This document shows, piece by piece, positions 33,785 through 46,984 of a stretch of DNA of 64,000 bases. The notes under the pieces are model-generated. The model saw only the letters and a list, made by a program, of their open reading frames with translations, made no database searches and had not been told where the DNA came from. This DNA comes from Strigamia acuminata (taxonomy: Eukaryota). Position numbers and translations under genes: made by a program. How positions within the stretch are numbered: the stretch's first letter is position 1; the number at the start of each line of letters is the position of its first letter. Location: positions 32,922,001 to 32,986,000 of the forward strand of contig OX442314.1 in assembly GCA_949358305.1 (NCBI GenBank), in the 5' to 3' direction.

Positions 33785-35398
33785 ATGGATTCAGCTAACA
33801 CGAATCAAGCCCGAAGATTTCTTCAACTCGGAGCTAATTTGTATAATTCGCGAGAGGAAGGAAAACCGGACACGGTTGTGCTACGGTGCAATAATGACAG
33901 ACGTGTACTTGCCGATAAACGGATATTGGTCACTGGAAGTGATTATTTCCGTGCAATGTTCAACCACGGCAACATGGAGGACGAAACCAACATTGCAACA
34001 TTCCCGGACACATCTTCCGAAGTCATGGACATAATCATCAAATTCTTATACGCGCAAGATATTCCAGTCCGTGCCCAAATATCTGACACTCTACTGGGAG
34101 AAACACTCATTGCCGCTAATAAGATGCAGTTGAACGAACTATTTGACAACTACTGGATCGAGTATAAAAATTCGGTGACTGTGGACAACTTTTTAGACAT
34201 TTGGCGGCTGGCGGAACTGTTCAACGAAGACGAAACGATCCAAAACGTTCGACTGTTTGTTTCGCACCACACGCGACTTATCTCCGACACCGATCGATTA
34301 TATGATATCACAACTAACCAGATGACAAGTCTAGATAAGGTACTGACAGTGAAAAATGCAGCCGAGTTGATTGTGTTTTACTTAAAGTGGTGGAAACTAA
34401 AGTCATCCGCAATGGAAAACAGCACAGAACACCTTTTGGAATTTATATCGAAATGCGGCATAAAGGATTTGTCAGACCATTCGCTTCGCACACTCTTATT
34501 ATCAGATGCTGTAAATAAATCTGCAGAAGTTTACAGCGCTGTAAGCAAAGTCGCCCTTTCCAGGTGGTTAACTACAACATCGCTGCAAGTTGACATAAAT
34601 GTCTTCGAAATTACGAGCCGAAAGTGCACCCGTAAAATTTCCCATTTAAAGCACGAAGAATGGGAATATGAGGAGGAATGGATTAACGACATCAGCGCAG
34701 CGACAGTTCGGCATCCGGCGTTGTCGAGTATGAAAGAGATGTTTTACTTCAACCTTATGCCACATCGAAGCATTCAAGCAATTGAAGCGTCCACGGGAGC
34801 CATTTTCGACCAGTTCGAAGACTATGCTGGGTATAATGTGTCATGTGAAACGACGAATCGTTCCAACATCTATTTTAGAACAGCAAGTCATATTTATTCG
34901 ATCTTTAATATAAACTCAAAGGAATGGGTAAACCTCTATTGCTATGACGGCATTTCGAATTTCAAATCTTTGCTTTTAGCAACTGATGACCAGAAGTTTG
35001 AGAGGCATTATTTCGATGTGGACGAGTTGCACATAAGGGTTGATGACATGGATTTGGGGACTTTTGTAACGAAGGAGAAATTACCGGGCAATTGGCAAAG
35101 CGTCACGTGTAAAAGTCGAGTCGTAAATTCTTCTGAAACGTTGATTTTTGTTCAAAAAATCCCCAATAGCTGTTTGTTAATTTATGACGTCAAAAGTGAT
35201 AGCTGGAGTGTCGTTTCGTCGCCGAATATTGATGGTGAAGTGTTCTTGTATGTTTGTTACGACGAAGACTGCCTGATATTCACAAAAACAAACGTGTCGT
35301 ACAATGTGTATTCGTTAAACACGATGACCAAAGTGAACGAATACAAGACGCCAACTAATTTTGATGGGTGCATCCATTTTGATGTTACTGTTGTTTAA
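33785..35398 (+). CDS. BTB-BACK-propeller protein, type A copy 2, intronless
   Basis: Close paralog of 29487-31109, including upstream and downstream flanks. Confidence 0.88.
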   Translation: MDSANTNQARRFLQLGANLYNSREEGKPDTVVLRCNNDRRVLADKRILVTGSDYFRAMFNHGNMEDETNIATFPDTSSEVMDIIIKFLYAQDIPVRAQISDTLLGETLIAANKMQLNELFDNYWIEYKNSVTVDNFLDIWRLAELFNEDETIQNVRLFVSHHTRLISDTDRLYDITTNQMTSLDKVLTVKNAAELIVFYLKWWKLKSSAMENSTEHLLEFISKCGIKDLSDHSLRTLLLSDAVNKSAEVYSAVSKVALSRWLTTTSLQVDINVFEITSRKCTRKISHLKHEEWEYEEEWINDISAATVRHPALSSMKEMFYFNLMPHRSIQAIEASTGAIFDQFEDYAGYNVSCETTNRSNIYFRTASHIYSIFNINSKEWVNLYCYDGISNFKSLLLATDDQKFERHYFDVDELHIRVDDMDLGTFVTKEKLPGNWQSVTCKSRVVNSSETLIFVQKIPNSCLLIYDVKSDSWSVVSSPNIDGEVFLYVCYDEDCLIFTKTNVSYNVYSLNTMTKVNEYKTPTNFDGCIHFDVTVV

Positions 35399-37055
35399 GA
35401 CAAAGCATTAAATTCATCTCATTTTTGCAGTTTGCAATTTTATAATTTGAATAAAATAAACAATTTAAAAAACTTCATTTTAAGTAATCTATAACCTGTA
35501 ACACTTAATTCTAGGATGCCTAGATGCTATACACATAATACAAAAAGTTCAAAATTTCTGATAATTCTGTCTCTAAATCTTAATCTCAACTTAAAAACTT
35601 TCAAGTCACGTAAAAATCACACTCTATAAAGTAGCCTCTTGGGCTTTTCTGCAGTGATATGTTTTATCAATGTATGTGATTTCGAATAAAGGAGTGACTC
35701 TAAACTGAGGTAGCCATTGTAAAGGTCAAAGTATGAATATTTTAATAACGGTCAAACAAGCAGGTGGCGCTGCGAGTGCAGCGTCAAATACGGTAAATAC
35801 GGTAAATTCAAAAATACAAAAGCACAGCGACATAAGTATTTCTTGTAAAATGTTACTAGCATTTTAGTGATGTTCGCGTGGAAATATAAAATTTTAAGAC
35901 CTCAAAATGATGAAATGTCACTCAAGCATCGCGCAAGTTTTATCTGTAGTTCTGTACCTTATTAAATTCCATGAAATAATAATATTCATTCTGTGCAGAT
36001 TATTGTCGAATTTCAATGAGCATTCAGCCTATTATTAGATCTTAATAAATAATGTTAACAATGCAACGCACAAAATAATTCATTTCTCTCCTCCAACAGT
36101 TCACAATTGAACACAGATAAATCATCAAAATAATAATAATAATAAAAGCATGACTGCTGAATTTATTTTTTATGTGTGCCAAACAAAACATCCTGAGATT
36201 GCTTCACTGCAATACTTTTTTCAATGGAGGTTTACTCTGTGACCGCTGGCGCTATTTAGTGGATGAACTTTTAGCTTTTAGTTGCAGCATCTGCTTGCAC
36301 TCATTTCTGAGTAGTCTTGGTGTGCATTTACACTTGTGTGATGTCTTATGGATGTTACATTTTAGGTGTAATCGGTCCAAGATGTTGCATTCATTTTAAC
36401 TTTAATTGTAATTTTTTTTTTTTTGATATTTTTTTTTTTTTTTTATAAATGAATGCAACATCGGTTTTCCGAAGTAACTGAAAAATTTTTTTTTTAAAAT
36501 GTCGAAAAAATAAATTAATAAATAGAATTTTGATCTGTTTCTATTGTCTTGTTTTGGTTTTTGCCTCTCATTTGCGCTACGCGCATGCGCGTAGTGGCGC
36601 CACCCGACGGTAAGTAAAAAGCCTTATTGGACGCAAATTTATTTGACGGTCTAAATCGAAATTGCATTTCAGATAAAAATTTAGGCAGCAGTTAGTGACT
36701 AATAATATAAACAAATTAGTGATATTTAATATAGTTATGAAGATAAAATAGTACTGGTATTGGAATTTGATATCCACGTCCATATATTACTTTGTGAAAT
36801 AAAATTTAGAGCAAGACACTACTCCGTATAATCAAATTATTGTTATTATTAATTATTACGGAGTATTATATTTTCAAAAAATAATATTAATTTAAAAAAA
36901 AAAATAGAAATTCCGCCGTACTGATCGTCGACGACTGCTGTTCGTTTTATCGTATAACGGCGTGTAGACGTGATCAAAAATCGTGTATATATATATGCAA
37001 GCATTGTGTTTCCTTCACAACAACAGTCATTTTCACTAACCTAACAACCATCAAA

Positions 37056-38669
37056 ATGGCGTCGAATAATGTGAATCAAACACAAAAAAATCTTATGACT
37101 AGTTTGCACAATTCGCGAGATGAAGGACGAGTGGGTATGGTTGTGTTAAAGTGCAACGACGGTGGACGTGTGCTTGCCGATAAATGTCAATTGGTCGCCG
37201 AAAGTGATTATTTCGGTGCAATGTTCAGCCGCAACAACATCGAGAACGAAACGAACGAGGCATCATTCTCGGACATATCTTCCGTCGTCATGGAAATCAT
37301 CGTCCAATTCTTGTACGCGCAAGATATTCCCATCCCCGCCGAAATATCTGACACTGTAATGCGAGAAATATTCTTTGCAGCTAACAAAATGCTGTTGCGG
37401 GACTTATTTGACAATTACTGGACCGAGTATACAGATTCGGTAACCTTTGACAACTTTCTAGACATTTGGCAGTTGGCGGAACTGTTCCACCAAGACAAAA
37501 CGCTGAAAGACGTTCGACTGTACGTGTCACACCACACGAAACTCATCTCCGCAACCGATCAACTTGGCAAAATCACGGCTGCACAAATGGAAAGTCTATC
37601 TGAAGTCAAGACTCCTGAAAATGCTGGTGACATGATTGTGTTCAATTTAAATTGGATTATCAAGTCACCCGGAACGGAAAGCAAGACCGAACGTCAGTTG
37701 AATTTTCTATCCGAATGCGGTCTGGAGGAATTGACGGAACATTCGCTTCAGCAACTGATTTCATCCGACGTCGTTACCAAATCAGCAGAAATATACAGCG
37801 CAGTAAGCAAAACCGTTCTTTCAAAGTGGTTAACAACGTTGTCGAGAAAAGTTGAAATATCAGTTTTTGAAGTTACGAGCGAAAGCTGCACCCGTAAAAT
37901 TTCTTATTTAAACCACGAAGAGTGGGAGACTTTGGTCGATCTGCCTCATCACAGCTGCGCCGCAACGGATTGGTATCCAATAATTTTGGATGGGAAAGAG
38001 ATAGTTTGCGTGACTCTCAGGCAAAATCGATTGGGACTTCAAGCAACTGACTTGACTACGAATAAAATTGTCGAACGACCCGAGGAAGTTGCGATGGATG
38101 TATCTTGTGAAACCTCAGATAATATAAACGTCTTCTTTAAACGAACAAATTCCACTTATTTGCGTTTTAGTTACGACTTTCAATGGAATATCATTGATTT
38201 TCATGCTGACATCTCGAATTGCAAATCTTTGCTTTTGGTAACTTTGGAAGATGATGAAGAACGGAGGTATTATTTCGATGTGGACGAGACGCGCATAAAG
38301 ATTATTAACACGGATTCGGGAACCTGTGAGACAAAAGAAAAATTACCGGGCAATTGGCAAAGCATCACGTGTAAAGATCACGTTGAATGGCGTTCTGAAA
38401 AGTTGATTTTTGTTCAACAAAGCCCAAATCGGTGTCTGTTAATTTACGACATCGAAAATGACTGCTGGAGCGTTGTTTCGTCGCTGAATATCGATGGTGA
38501 TGTGTTTTTATATGTCCCGTACGACGACGACTGCCTGATATTCACAAAAACAGACGTGGCGTACAATGTGTATTCGTTAAACACGATGACCAAAGTGAAT
38601 GAATACAAGACGCCTACAAATTTTGATGGCTGCATCCATTTTGACGTTAGCGTTGGTGAACAAATTTGA
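37056..38669 (+). CDS. BTB-BACK-propeller protein, type B copy 2, intronless
   Basis: VLADKCQLVAESDYFGAMF, MEIIVQFLY, NFLDIWQLAE; same architecture as type A. Confidence 0.88.
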   Translation: MASNNVNQTQKNLMTSLHNSRDEGRVGMVVLKCNDGGRVLADKCQLVAESDYFGAMFSRNNIENETNEASFSDISSVVMEIIVQFLYAQDIPIPAEISDTVMREIFFAANKMLLRDLFDNYWTEYTDSVTFDNFLDIWQLAELFHQDKTLKDVRLYVSHHTKLISATDQLGKITAAQMESLSEVKTPENAGDMIVFNLNWIIKSPGTESKTERQLNFLSECGLEELTEHSLQQLISSDVVTKSAEIYSAVSKTVLSKWLTTLSRKVEISVFEVTSESCTRKISYLNHEEWETLVDLPHHSCAATDWYPIILDGKEIVCVTLRQNRLGLQATDLTTNKIVERPEEVAMDVSCETSDNINVFFKRTNSTYLRFSYDFQWNIIDFHADISNCKSLLLVTLEDDEERRYYFDVDETRIKIINTDSGTCETKEKLPGNWQSITCKDHVEWRSEKLIFVQQSPNRCLLIYDIENDCWSVVSSLNIDGDVFLYVPYDDDCLIFTKTDVAYNVYSLNTMTKVNEYKTPTNFDGCIHFDVSVGEQI

Positions 38670-39609
38670 ATTTGTCTTATTTTTGTTAGACTCACATTCA
38701 ACTTTCGTGAGTGATCGTGTGTTTGTGTGTACTGTACATAATAAAACTTTTGAAACATATTTCAATACGTTCATTACTAATACTCCGTCATGACATGTTT
38801 ACGTATTTTGAATTTTTCTTTCATCTTCTTCAAGAGCTTATTCCCCATACATCGAAACGTATGATAATATTTTCCCATAACTAATCAGTAATTACCATAG
38901 GAAAATTCTATGATGTTCGTGTATTGTACTTACGGTTCTTTTGGTTTAAATAAACCCGGAAAAACACTTTCTTTTTGTGTAGTGTTTTTATTTTAAATCG
39001 AAATTAATAAAGCGCACATTTGCACTTTAATGTACATTAATTCAAACATCAAATGGCCACCCCCTGCAAACTCATAAAAAATTTTAATGATAAAATTTAA
39101 ATTAAAAATTAATTATATTTAACGAACGCCGCGCCATTAACCGGATATGATATGAGCAAGATGTGAAGTGACATGCGCGCGCGGCTTCGCTATGGGTTTA
39201 AAAGAATTTATACAAATTATTGAATCTTATTTCCGCGGTTAGGCGGTTCAGGGCAGAATTGGAACCACCCCAAACATCAAATATCAAATATCAAATATTT
39301 TGGAATGGAATTGGAGGCGGAATTGAGAGGAGCGGATTTGAATTGCATCGAGGCGGAATTGCAGTCTTTTGGGGGCGGTTTTGGAACCGGTGGAATTGAT
39401 TCTGGCGGAAATAAACCCTGCCCTTTTTAACGACGAAAATAATTTATAAAAATAATGGCAAAAAAATTAAAAATAGAAAAGTTACAATAGAAAAAAAAAC
39501 AATTATCGCTTTTTATTTTTTTTTAAACTAAATAAATTTTAATTATCCTATGGAAGGCTTACTGGCGACATTGCAGGAAAGCACGAGAAGCACTTTTCAT
39601 CACACGGAC

Positions 39610-40686
<1,077 letters not shown>

Positions 40687-41155
40687 TTGATGGCGAGGAC
40701 TTTTCTGTACAGAAGTGAAGACACAAGACTGAAGACACGGTTGTTAAATACCTCGACGAAAAGAAGACGAAGACGAAGTATGCTTGTGACGTTTGGCGTG
40801 CTTACTGGGCCATAATAATACTATTATGACTGGGCTGACCAATGGCCAAATAATGCAATTACACCCGCTAGGGGGAGTTGCCGGTCCCGGAAGTGGACAG
40901 GGGGACCAATTGGGAGATGGTAGAGCTGCAGAGAGGCCAAAAACCGTCAAATATCGAGAAAAAAGGCCTTTTTTGTATCAAATAAATAATTTTTAGGCTG
41001 AAAAGTTTGTTTTTAGGCCAAAAAATGTATTTATTAATGGGCAAAAGTTCGAAAGGATGTGTTTAAAAAGCAAAATAAAGATGATACCGTTAAAATGAGC
41101 ACACCGTAGTGATTTATTCGAGATTCAAAGATTGTTATTTCACTTTGTGATGTTT

Positions 41156-41471
41156 TTATATTCTGTACTTGTACGCTCTTTCACATCCCACTTTTGCCAA
41201 ACACATGGGAAATGTTTTAGACGAATTGTCTTTGAATGGTTGACACGGTAGTTCTTTTGGGTGACTAAATCCTTGCCAGTGGAAACAATGCGTTTTGTTG
41301 CTCAAAGGCGGGATGTATTCCGGAAGGTGGCGTGATTGTTTTTGTAAATAATTGACGGGAACTGTCTGCTGCGGATAAACGGATCGCTTGTCGTGAATTC
41401 CTGGAGTGCCCCAATCACATTCCGAGCCCAAATATCGAAATTTTGCTGGCAACTGAAAGTATTTCAAAATG

Positions 41472-41506
<35 letters not shown>

Positions 41507-42218
41507 AAATAAATCAACAAATAAAAATAAATAAATAAATAAATAAATAAAAATTATTCAATTACGGTAATTAAAAAAATTAATAAATAAAAATAAATAA
41601 AAATAAATCAACAAATAAAAATAGATAAATAAACGTTACTTGAATGGAATCTTTTGAACCAGGACAACCTCTGAAATGCTGCATTAACTTCATGTACTAA
41701 AAATAACAAAATGTTTGATTTTCGGTGTAAAAAAAATAAATCTGACAAAGATTTAATGATTACTTTAGGATCAAGACGCATCCAAACTCTCGCCAAATCA
41801 TTTTCCCAATTAATCCTCTCTTCTTTCAACTTACATGCCTTTTCTGCAGACAAACCGGTAGCCGTAGCATAGTTTGCTGATATTCCACAATTAAATTTTG
41901 ATTTTAAAAACGAACATCAAATCACGCCGAGATAAGTACCTGGAACTTTACACGGTAAATCCCACGTTGAAACGTAAGAATTGAAGGAACGAAATGGAGA
42001 TGTCTTCTTGGCATCTAAAATGTGGCCTTTGTCGTCGCTAATAAACACCGTGAAACCAGACAAAGGTTGTGGCTTCTAATAGAACGACCAAGCCAATGAT
42101 TCAATACGATTTAAAATGTAAAACATACTCGAGATTTTCGCCGGTAACTCCAAGATTGAGACCGCGGCCCTTCCCCCGCGCTTTTTTCGTACTGACCGCT
42201 ATGATAACTAACAGACAT
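41156..42218 (-). CDS. cfap126: CFAP126/Flattop-like cilia- and flagella-associated protein, about 5 exons
   Basis: Spliced reading MSVSYHSGQYEKS...SWS | KPQPLSGFTVFISDDKGHIL...SPFRSFNSYVSTWDLPCKVP resembles Flattop (YSANQYEKAF...G.TQIIANDRGHLL...WGSFMGTWQMPLKIP). Confidence 0.75.
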
Positions 42219-42683
42219 TTCAGCGTAAGTGTATTACATATTGTACAAAATTTTTAAAATTCGAATATTATTAAGAAATGCGGTGCGTGGTGAATCTGTT
42301 TGAATAATAAACAGCAAAAACACCGAGTACGATTCTTGAAATGTCATTGTTTTTCCAAAATTGTTGCGAGTTGATTGTAGCAGCAGAAATATTCAACATT
42401 TTTCACATGGCAAATTTTCTCAAGGCACTACAATCTGGCTGCCCCTTGTTTTACAAGCGATTCCATCGCGGTGCTGCTCTGCACAGCTTGAAGGATACAC
42501 ACAGGGTTGTATCAAAAAAATGTATGCACATTTAAATTAAATTATACATTACTCATTAGTTGCGGGCGGTGTTGGTCAATTAACGTTTCTGGTGTAGATT
42601 TTTCCGCTTTTTCTTTTGGCGTTTAGTTTTTGACGATCTAAGCATCCGTTCTCGAGATATTTGCGTTTTTCATCAATTTTTGT

Positions 42684-42713
42684 GTTACCACGGTTACTGT
42701 TGCCGTCAGCAAC
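42684..42713. promoter_or_regulatory. Two adjacent RFX X-box-like motifs in the divergent CFAP126/DCDC2 intergenic region
   Basis: GTTACCACGGTTAC (42684-42697) and GTTGCCGTCAGCAAC (42699-42713), versus the consensus GTNRCC-N0-3-RGYAAC. Confidence 0.7.
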
Positions 42714-42876
42714 AATCTGCCGTTGTTGCCATTAGGCCTAGAGTTGAGTAGGAATTAAGAAAACTGACTAAAGGGTGTAGAATCTCTGCTGGAGTGGGGA
42801 AGCCATGGAATGTCGTAAATGAATGAGGGCAAAGGGGAAGAAATTTTGGTTCATCTGCGAATTTTGATCGATCGCA

Positions 42877-45738
42877 ATGAGCGAACATTTTATAAATTTG
42901 GACGTTAAATGGATCAGTGTGTTTCAGAATGGTGATATGTACACACCGCCCGTAAAATTCGTCGTTTATAGAAAACATTTGAGGAACTTCGACGTGTTCC
43001 TCAACTCCCTCACTCAGCGTCTCAAACCCCGATTTGGAGCGATCAGAAACCTATACACACCCGTACACGGACACAAAGTCAACTCTCTGGACGACTTAGA
43101 ACCCAATCAAAATTACGTCGCTGCTGGTACAGAAAAATTTCGCAATGTCCGGTAACAACTAAATAATAATTTAACAATAACGCCCGTACCGTTCAAAATT
43201 CCACTTAATGCATTTGCGATATAATTCCAATGTATTTTTGAACCGTGTGGGTGGTTTCAATTATTTTAAAAATAATTTATATAAATTTAATAAAATAAAT
43301 TTTTCATTATTTTTTTCATTCACAGGTATGGGGGAATTCACTTTGTAGCTCAACCTGCACGGACAAGTCACCACCGTCCTTACAGTTTAGTAGAAGTAGG
43401 CTTAACTGCACTGCTCGTGCGAAAAAATCATTTAAATTCAATCATTTTCAACAGATTCAACCTGTAGTTCACAGTGCTATTAAAGTCGCTTCTCGGTATA
43501 AAACGGCTATTAAAAATTCAGCGGCTTTAACGATCTTGTAAGTAATTTTCTTCAATATTATTTTCAATGTATCTCATCTTTTTCGTGCATTTAGTGTCTA
43601 TCGTAATGGCGACGACATCTCGCCTCCGAAAGTTGTTCCTCTTATCAAGAGAGATCTGCGTAATTGGGACGTGGTATTGAAGCGAGTCAGCGAAAAGATT
43701 CTTCCGTTTGGGAGTTGTCATTTGCGCAGGTTTTGCAAAAGAAAATTATAAATTTTTAAAAAAAAATACAAATTTAATTTTATTCTACTTATATTTTCCA
43801 GACTGTGCAGTCTAAATGGCCACGTGATAAGCCGGATGACTGAATTGTGCAATGGAGACTATTACGTGGCAGTTATTGGCCGTGAAAACTTCAAATCTGT
43901 TACTTACGGAATGCTCAATCCACCCGTTTCTAGAAAGTTAGCTAAGTATGGGCGCAGTCTCTAGAGCACACGCAACTGGTTTAAAAAATGTATAAACAAG
44001 TTTAAATGACTTAAATGACTGCGTTTTGTGTGCTGTGGGGACTCAAAATCGTAGCGTCGGCATTTTTAATCAATATTGATTGATTTGCACAGGTTTACTA
44101 ATTGGTCTTTGGCCGATTTTGCCAGTCCAAACAGATGTTTGAAACATACTTTGATGAGCAGTAGGTTCAGACGAAAGTTATTTGGGAAAAACAGGTTAAT
44201 GAATAGAAACCATGATGAAAAAAAATTACAAATTAGTGTTAAAATAATTAAAAACAACTTAATTGGTGTTTGTTTTTGCAGTTTAAGGACCCAAAGTACA
44301 GTGCTGAATGGCAAAGAAACGAGACGACTTTTCAGCAGCCAAATTACTACAAATGCGAGAACCAGAAAAGAGGATTCTGACGAAGGTATTAAATTCTATT
44401 AATATTAATAACAATTTTCGTATAAATATATCTTTAATTCCATAGATCGTAATGGAATGTATCAATCCAAAACGCGAAAAGACAGTCAAATGGCCAACGA
44501 AAGTAAAAATGTGACTTCGCCGCTAGACAATCAAGAAATTGACGTAAGATTTTCAAAAAAAAAAAAAAAAAATAAATCCTCTACAAATTACAAATTTACG
44601 AGTTTATAAATGCAAATTAGGATGAAGAAATTATTCCTCTGACGAGAAAAATAGCTCGAGAATTTAGTAGCAACATGAGCGACGAAAACGGCACAAGTGC
44701 GGACACTCCACACGCAACTGCTCCACTGGGTGTCGACGAAAAAGGTTAAACAAAAACAACAACAATAACAATCAGTGAATTGAAATACAATTTTGTCCAG
44801 ATCAATCGTGCTACTCTCCTCAAGAGCAACGCGACGCCTGGTGCAACGAAATGCGCAAACTCAAAGACAAAATCCTCTCCAAGATCCACAACTCGAACAC
44901 GGACGACGAAAACGCGACCAAACTCGATATCGTCGCGGACCTGGTTGCCAGCTCTCCCGACAGCACGGTGCGCCAGCCATCTCTGAAGTGCGAAACCCAT
45001 CGACTGACAAAGAGCAACCAAGACGAATGGGTGGAAACAACTCCGAAGAAAACCAAGAGCAAACTGCGCAAACCGAGGATTTTTAGCAACAAATCCACGT
45101 CTTCCTGCGCGTCGGACGCGACCACATACACCGTCGACAGCTCGAGCTCGTCGGACATCGCGCGGAACAAATCGTCGACGGAAGAAACGACCGACTCGTC
45201 CAAGCTCGCCGTCGTCCGCACGAATCGCCACACGAGCTACACTCAGCCGTTGTGCAACGAACTGAGTCCGCAGTCTACCGAGCCGCGCTACGGCGAGAGC
45301 GAGACGAACGACTCGTACAGGAACGATTCGTTCATCTCGGACAGGAACGATTCGTTCATCTCGGACAGGAACGATTCGTTCATCGCGGACATGAATTCGT
45401 ACCGCGATCTGTTCAACAGAACGTACACGTTCGAGAAAGACAGTCTGGAGGATATACTGTTGCAGCATATTCCGTCGGGCGAAAATAATATTGAAATCGA
45501 ACTGCCCTCAGCGAGCAGCAATGACTTTCCTATTTTGGATTCGATTTCGTTCCAGCCGTTCGTTCAGTGCGGCGTTAGTGATAAACAGAGTCCTAGCAAC
45601 AAGAGAAATTCTTATTTGAATGGCGTCAGCCATATAAATATTGAATTTGAATCGAGTTACTACAATAGCGGAGCCGAAGACGGTCGTCAAATGACGTATT
45701 TCCCCGAGGAAATCGATTTTGACAGCCTGAAATATTAA
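42877..45738 (+). CDS. dcdc2: Doublecortin-domain protein, DCDC2-like (two DCX domains plus long low-complexity tail), multi-exon
   Basis: VFQNGD...FGAIRNLYTPVHGHKV..LDDL...YVAAG.EKF (DCX1); YRNGD...RNWDVVLKRVSEK...LCSLNG...NGDYYVAV.GRENFK (DCX2, about 43595-43915); last exon about 44801-45738 with a 3x RNDSFI(S/A)D repeat. Confidence 0.82.
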
Positions 45739-46135
45739 ATGGTGGAAAGAGAGAAAAATCTTGTTTTTAATTTTTAGAAAATGGATTTGTGCCGAATTGT
45801 AACAAATTTTACTAGAGAATTCTTCCCTGTACGTCCTGTTGTCTAGGTCAAAATTATTATTCTTAATGAATAACAAATTTGACAGTTTCACTAACAAAAA
45901 TAATTGCAAGTAATAAAGTGTGTCAAAAGATGTGGAATATTTCTTTTCGTCGTCGATATCGTCGTGCAAAACGTACAAAAAACGTGTGTGCGTTGTCCAA
46001 AACGTCGGATCGACGTTGTGCGTTCACCACAACGTCTCGGCGACGTGTCTAAGTATAATTCAGTATATAAACCGCCACCTACCATAACCACAATCATCTA
46101 AAGCCGTTTGAAGTCACTCGTCATATCGTAATTCA

Positions 46136-46984
46136 ATGGCACGAATTTTCGTTGGGGGATTAGCTCGGGACGCATGCGAAAAGGATATTGAGGATTTCTT
46201 CGAGGGATACGAAATTGAAGAGATTTTTGTTAAAACCGGCTTCGCTTTCGTGGAAATAAAGAATAAGCGCGACGCCGACGAAGCCATTGAATGCTTAGAC
46301 CGTCAGAAATTGTTAGGTCGACCAGTGACGGTGACGTTTGCCCGGGGACGTCGCGATGAGAGGAGAGAACCGTCACGCAATTTTGATTCCGGTCGTAGAT
46401 TTCGCGACGAATCACGAAATTCGAGGGATGGTCGTCGTGGGTTTGGCGAAACATTCCGTGTGATTGTGGAGAATGTGGCGGACTACATGAGTTGGCGGGA
46501 CCTAAAAGAATGCATGGAGAAAGCTGGAAAGGTGGTGCACGCGGAAGCGCATAGAATGAGGAGAAACGAAGGTTTTGTTGATTTTGCGACGGAACGGGAT
46601 CGAGGAATGGCGATCGAAATGTTTCATAATACCGAATTGCACGGGCGGCGCGTGCGATTGGTGAGACCGAACGTGGAGATGAGTCGTGAAGAGTCGAGAT
46701 CGAGACCTGCCGTTAGAAGCCGTGGCCAAAATTCGTTCAGATCTAGATCGCCTATTAAGTCGTTCCGGTCGAGATCGGGCAGAAGACCGAGATCTCCACT
46801 GAGATCTCGCGGACGCCAGGAGAAGCTACCCGAAGATTCCGTTGTAGCTGATCATAAATTAGTCGATGCGGACGAAAATTTGCCTGAAAGTATCGGCGAC
46901 GAGGAAAAGTTGCGAGAAAGTATCGAAGAGGGCGAAATATTAAACGGAAGCACCGACGAAGACAAAATATTGAACAACGTATGA
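46136..46984 (+). CDS. SR splicing factor of the SRSF4/5/6 (B52) type, intronless, divergent
   Basis: RIFVGGL and GFAFVE (RRM1); SWRDLKECM..AGKV (pseudo-RRM SWQDLKD variant); short RS tract; TATATAAA at about 46064; AATAAA at about 46996. Confidence 0.88.
   Translation: MARIFVGGLARDACEKDIEDFFEGYEIEEIFVKTGFAFVEIKNKRDADEAIECLDRQKLLGRPVTVTFARGRRDERREPSRNFDSGRRFRDESRNSRDGRRGFGETFRVIVENVADYMSWRDLKECMEKAGKVVHAEAHRMRRNEGFVDFATERDRGMAIEMFHNTELHGRRVRLVRPNVEMSREESRSRPAVRSRGQNSFRSRSPIKSFRSRSGRRPRSPLRSRGRQEKLPEDSVVADHKLVDADENLPESIGDEEKLRESIEEGEILNGSTDEDKILNNV

Noticed and set aside
35655..35820. ~165-bp insertion relative to the paralogous flank at about 31378, possibly a small solo LTR
   Set aside because: The insertion is visible, but termini and TSD are not clean enough to classify.
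44746..45468. 240-aa minus-strand ORF with VRDERIVP repeats
   Set aside because: Antisense shadow of the last DCDC2-like exon.
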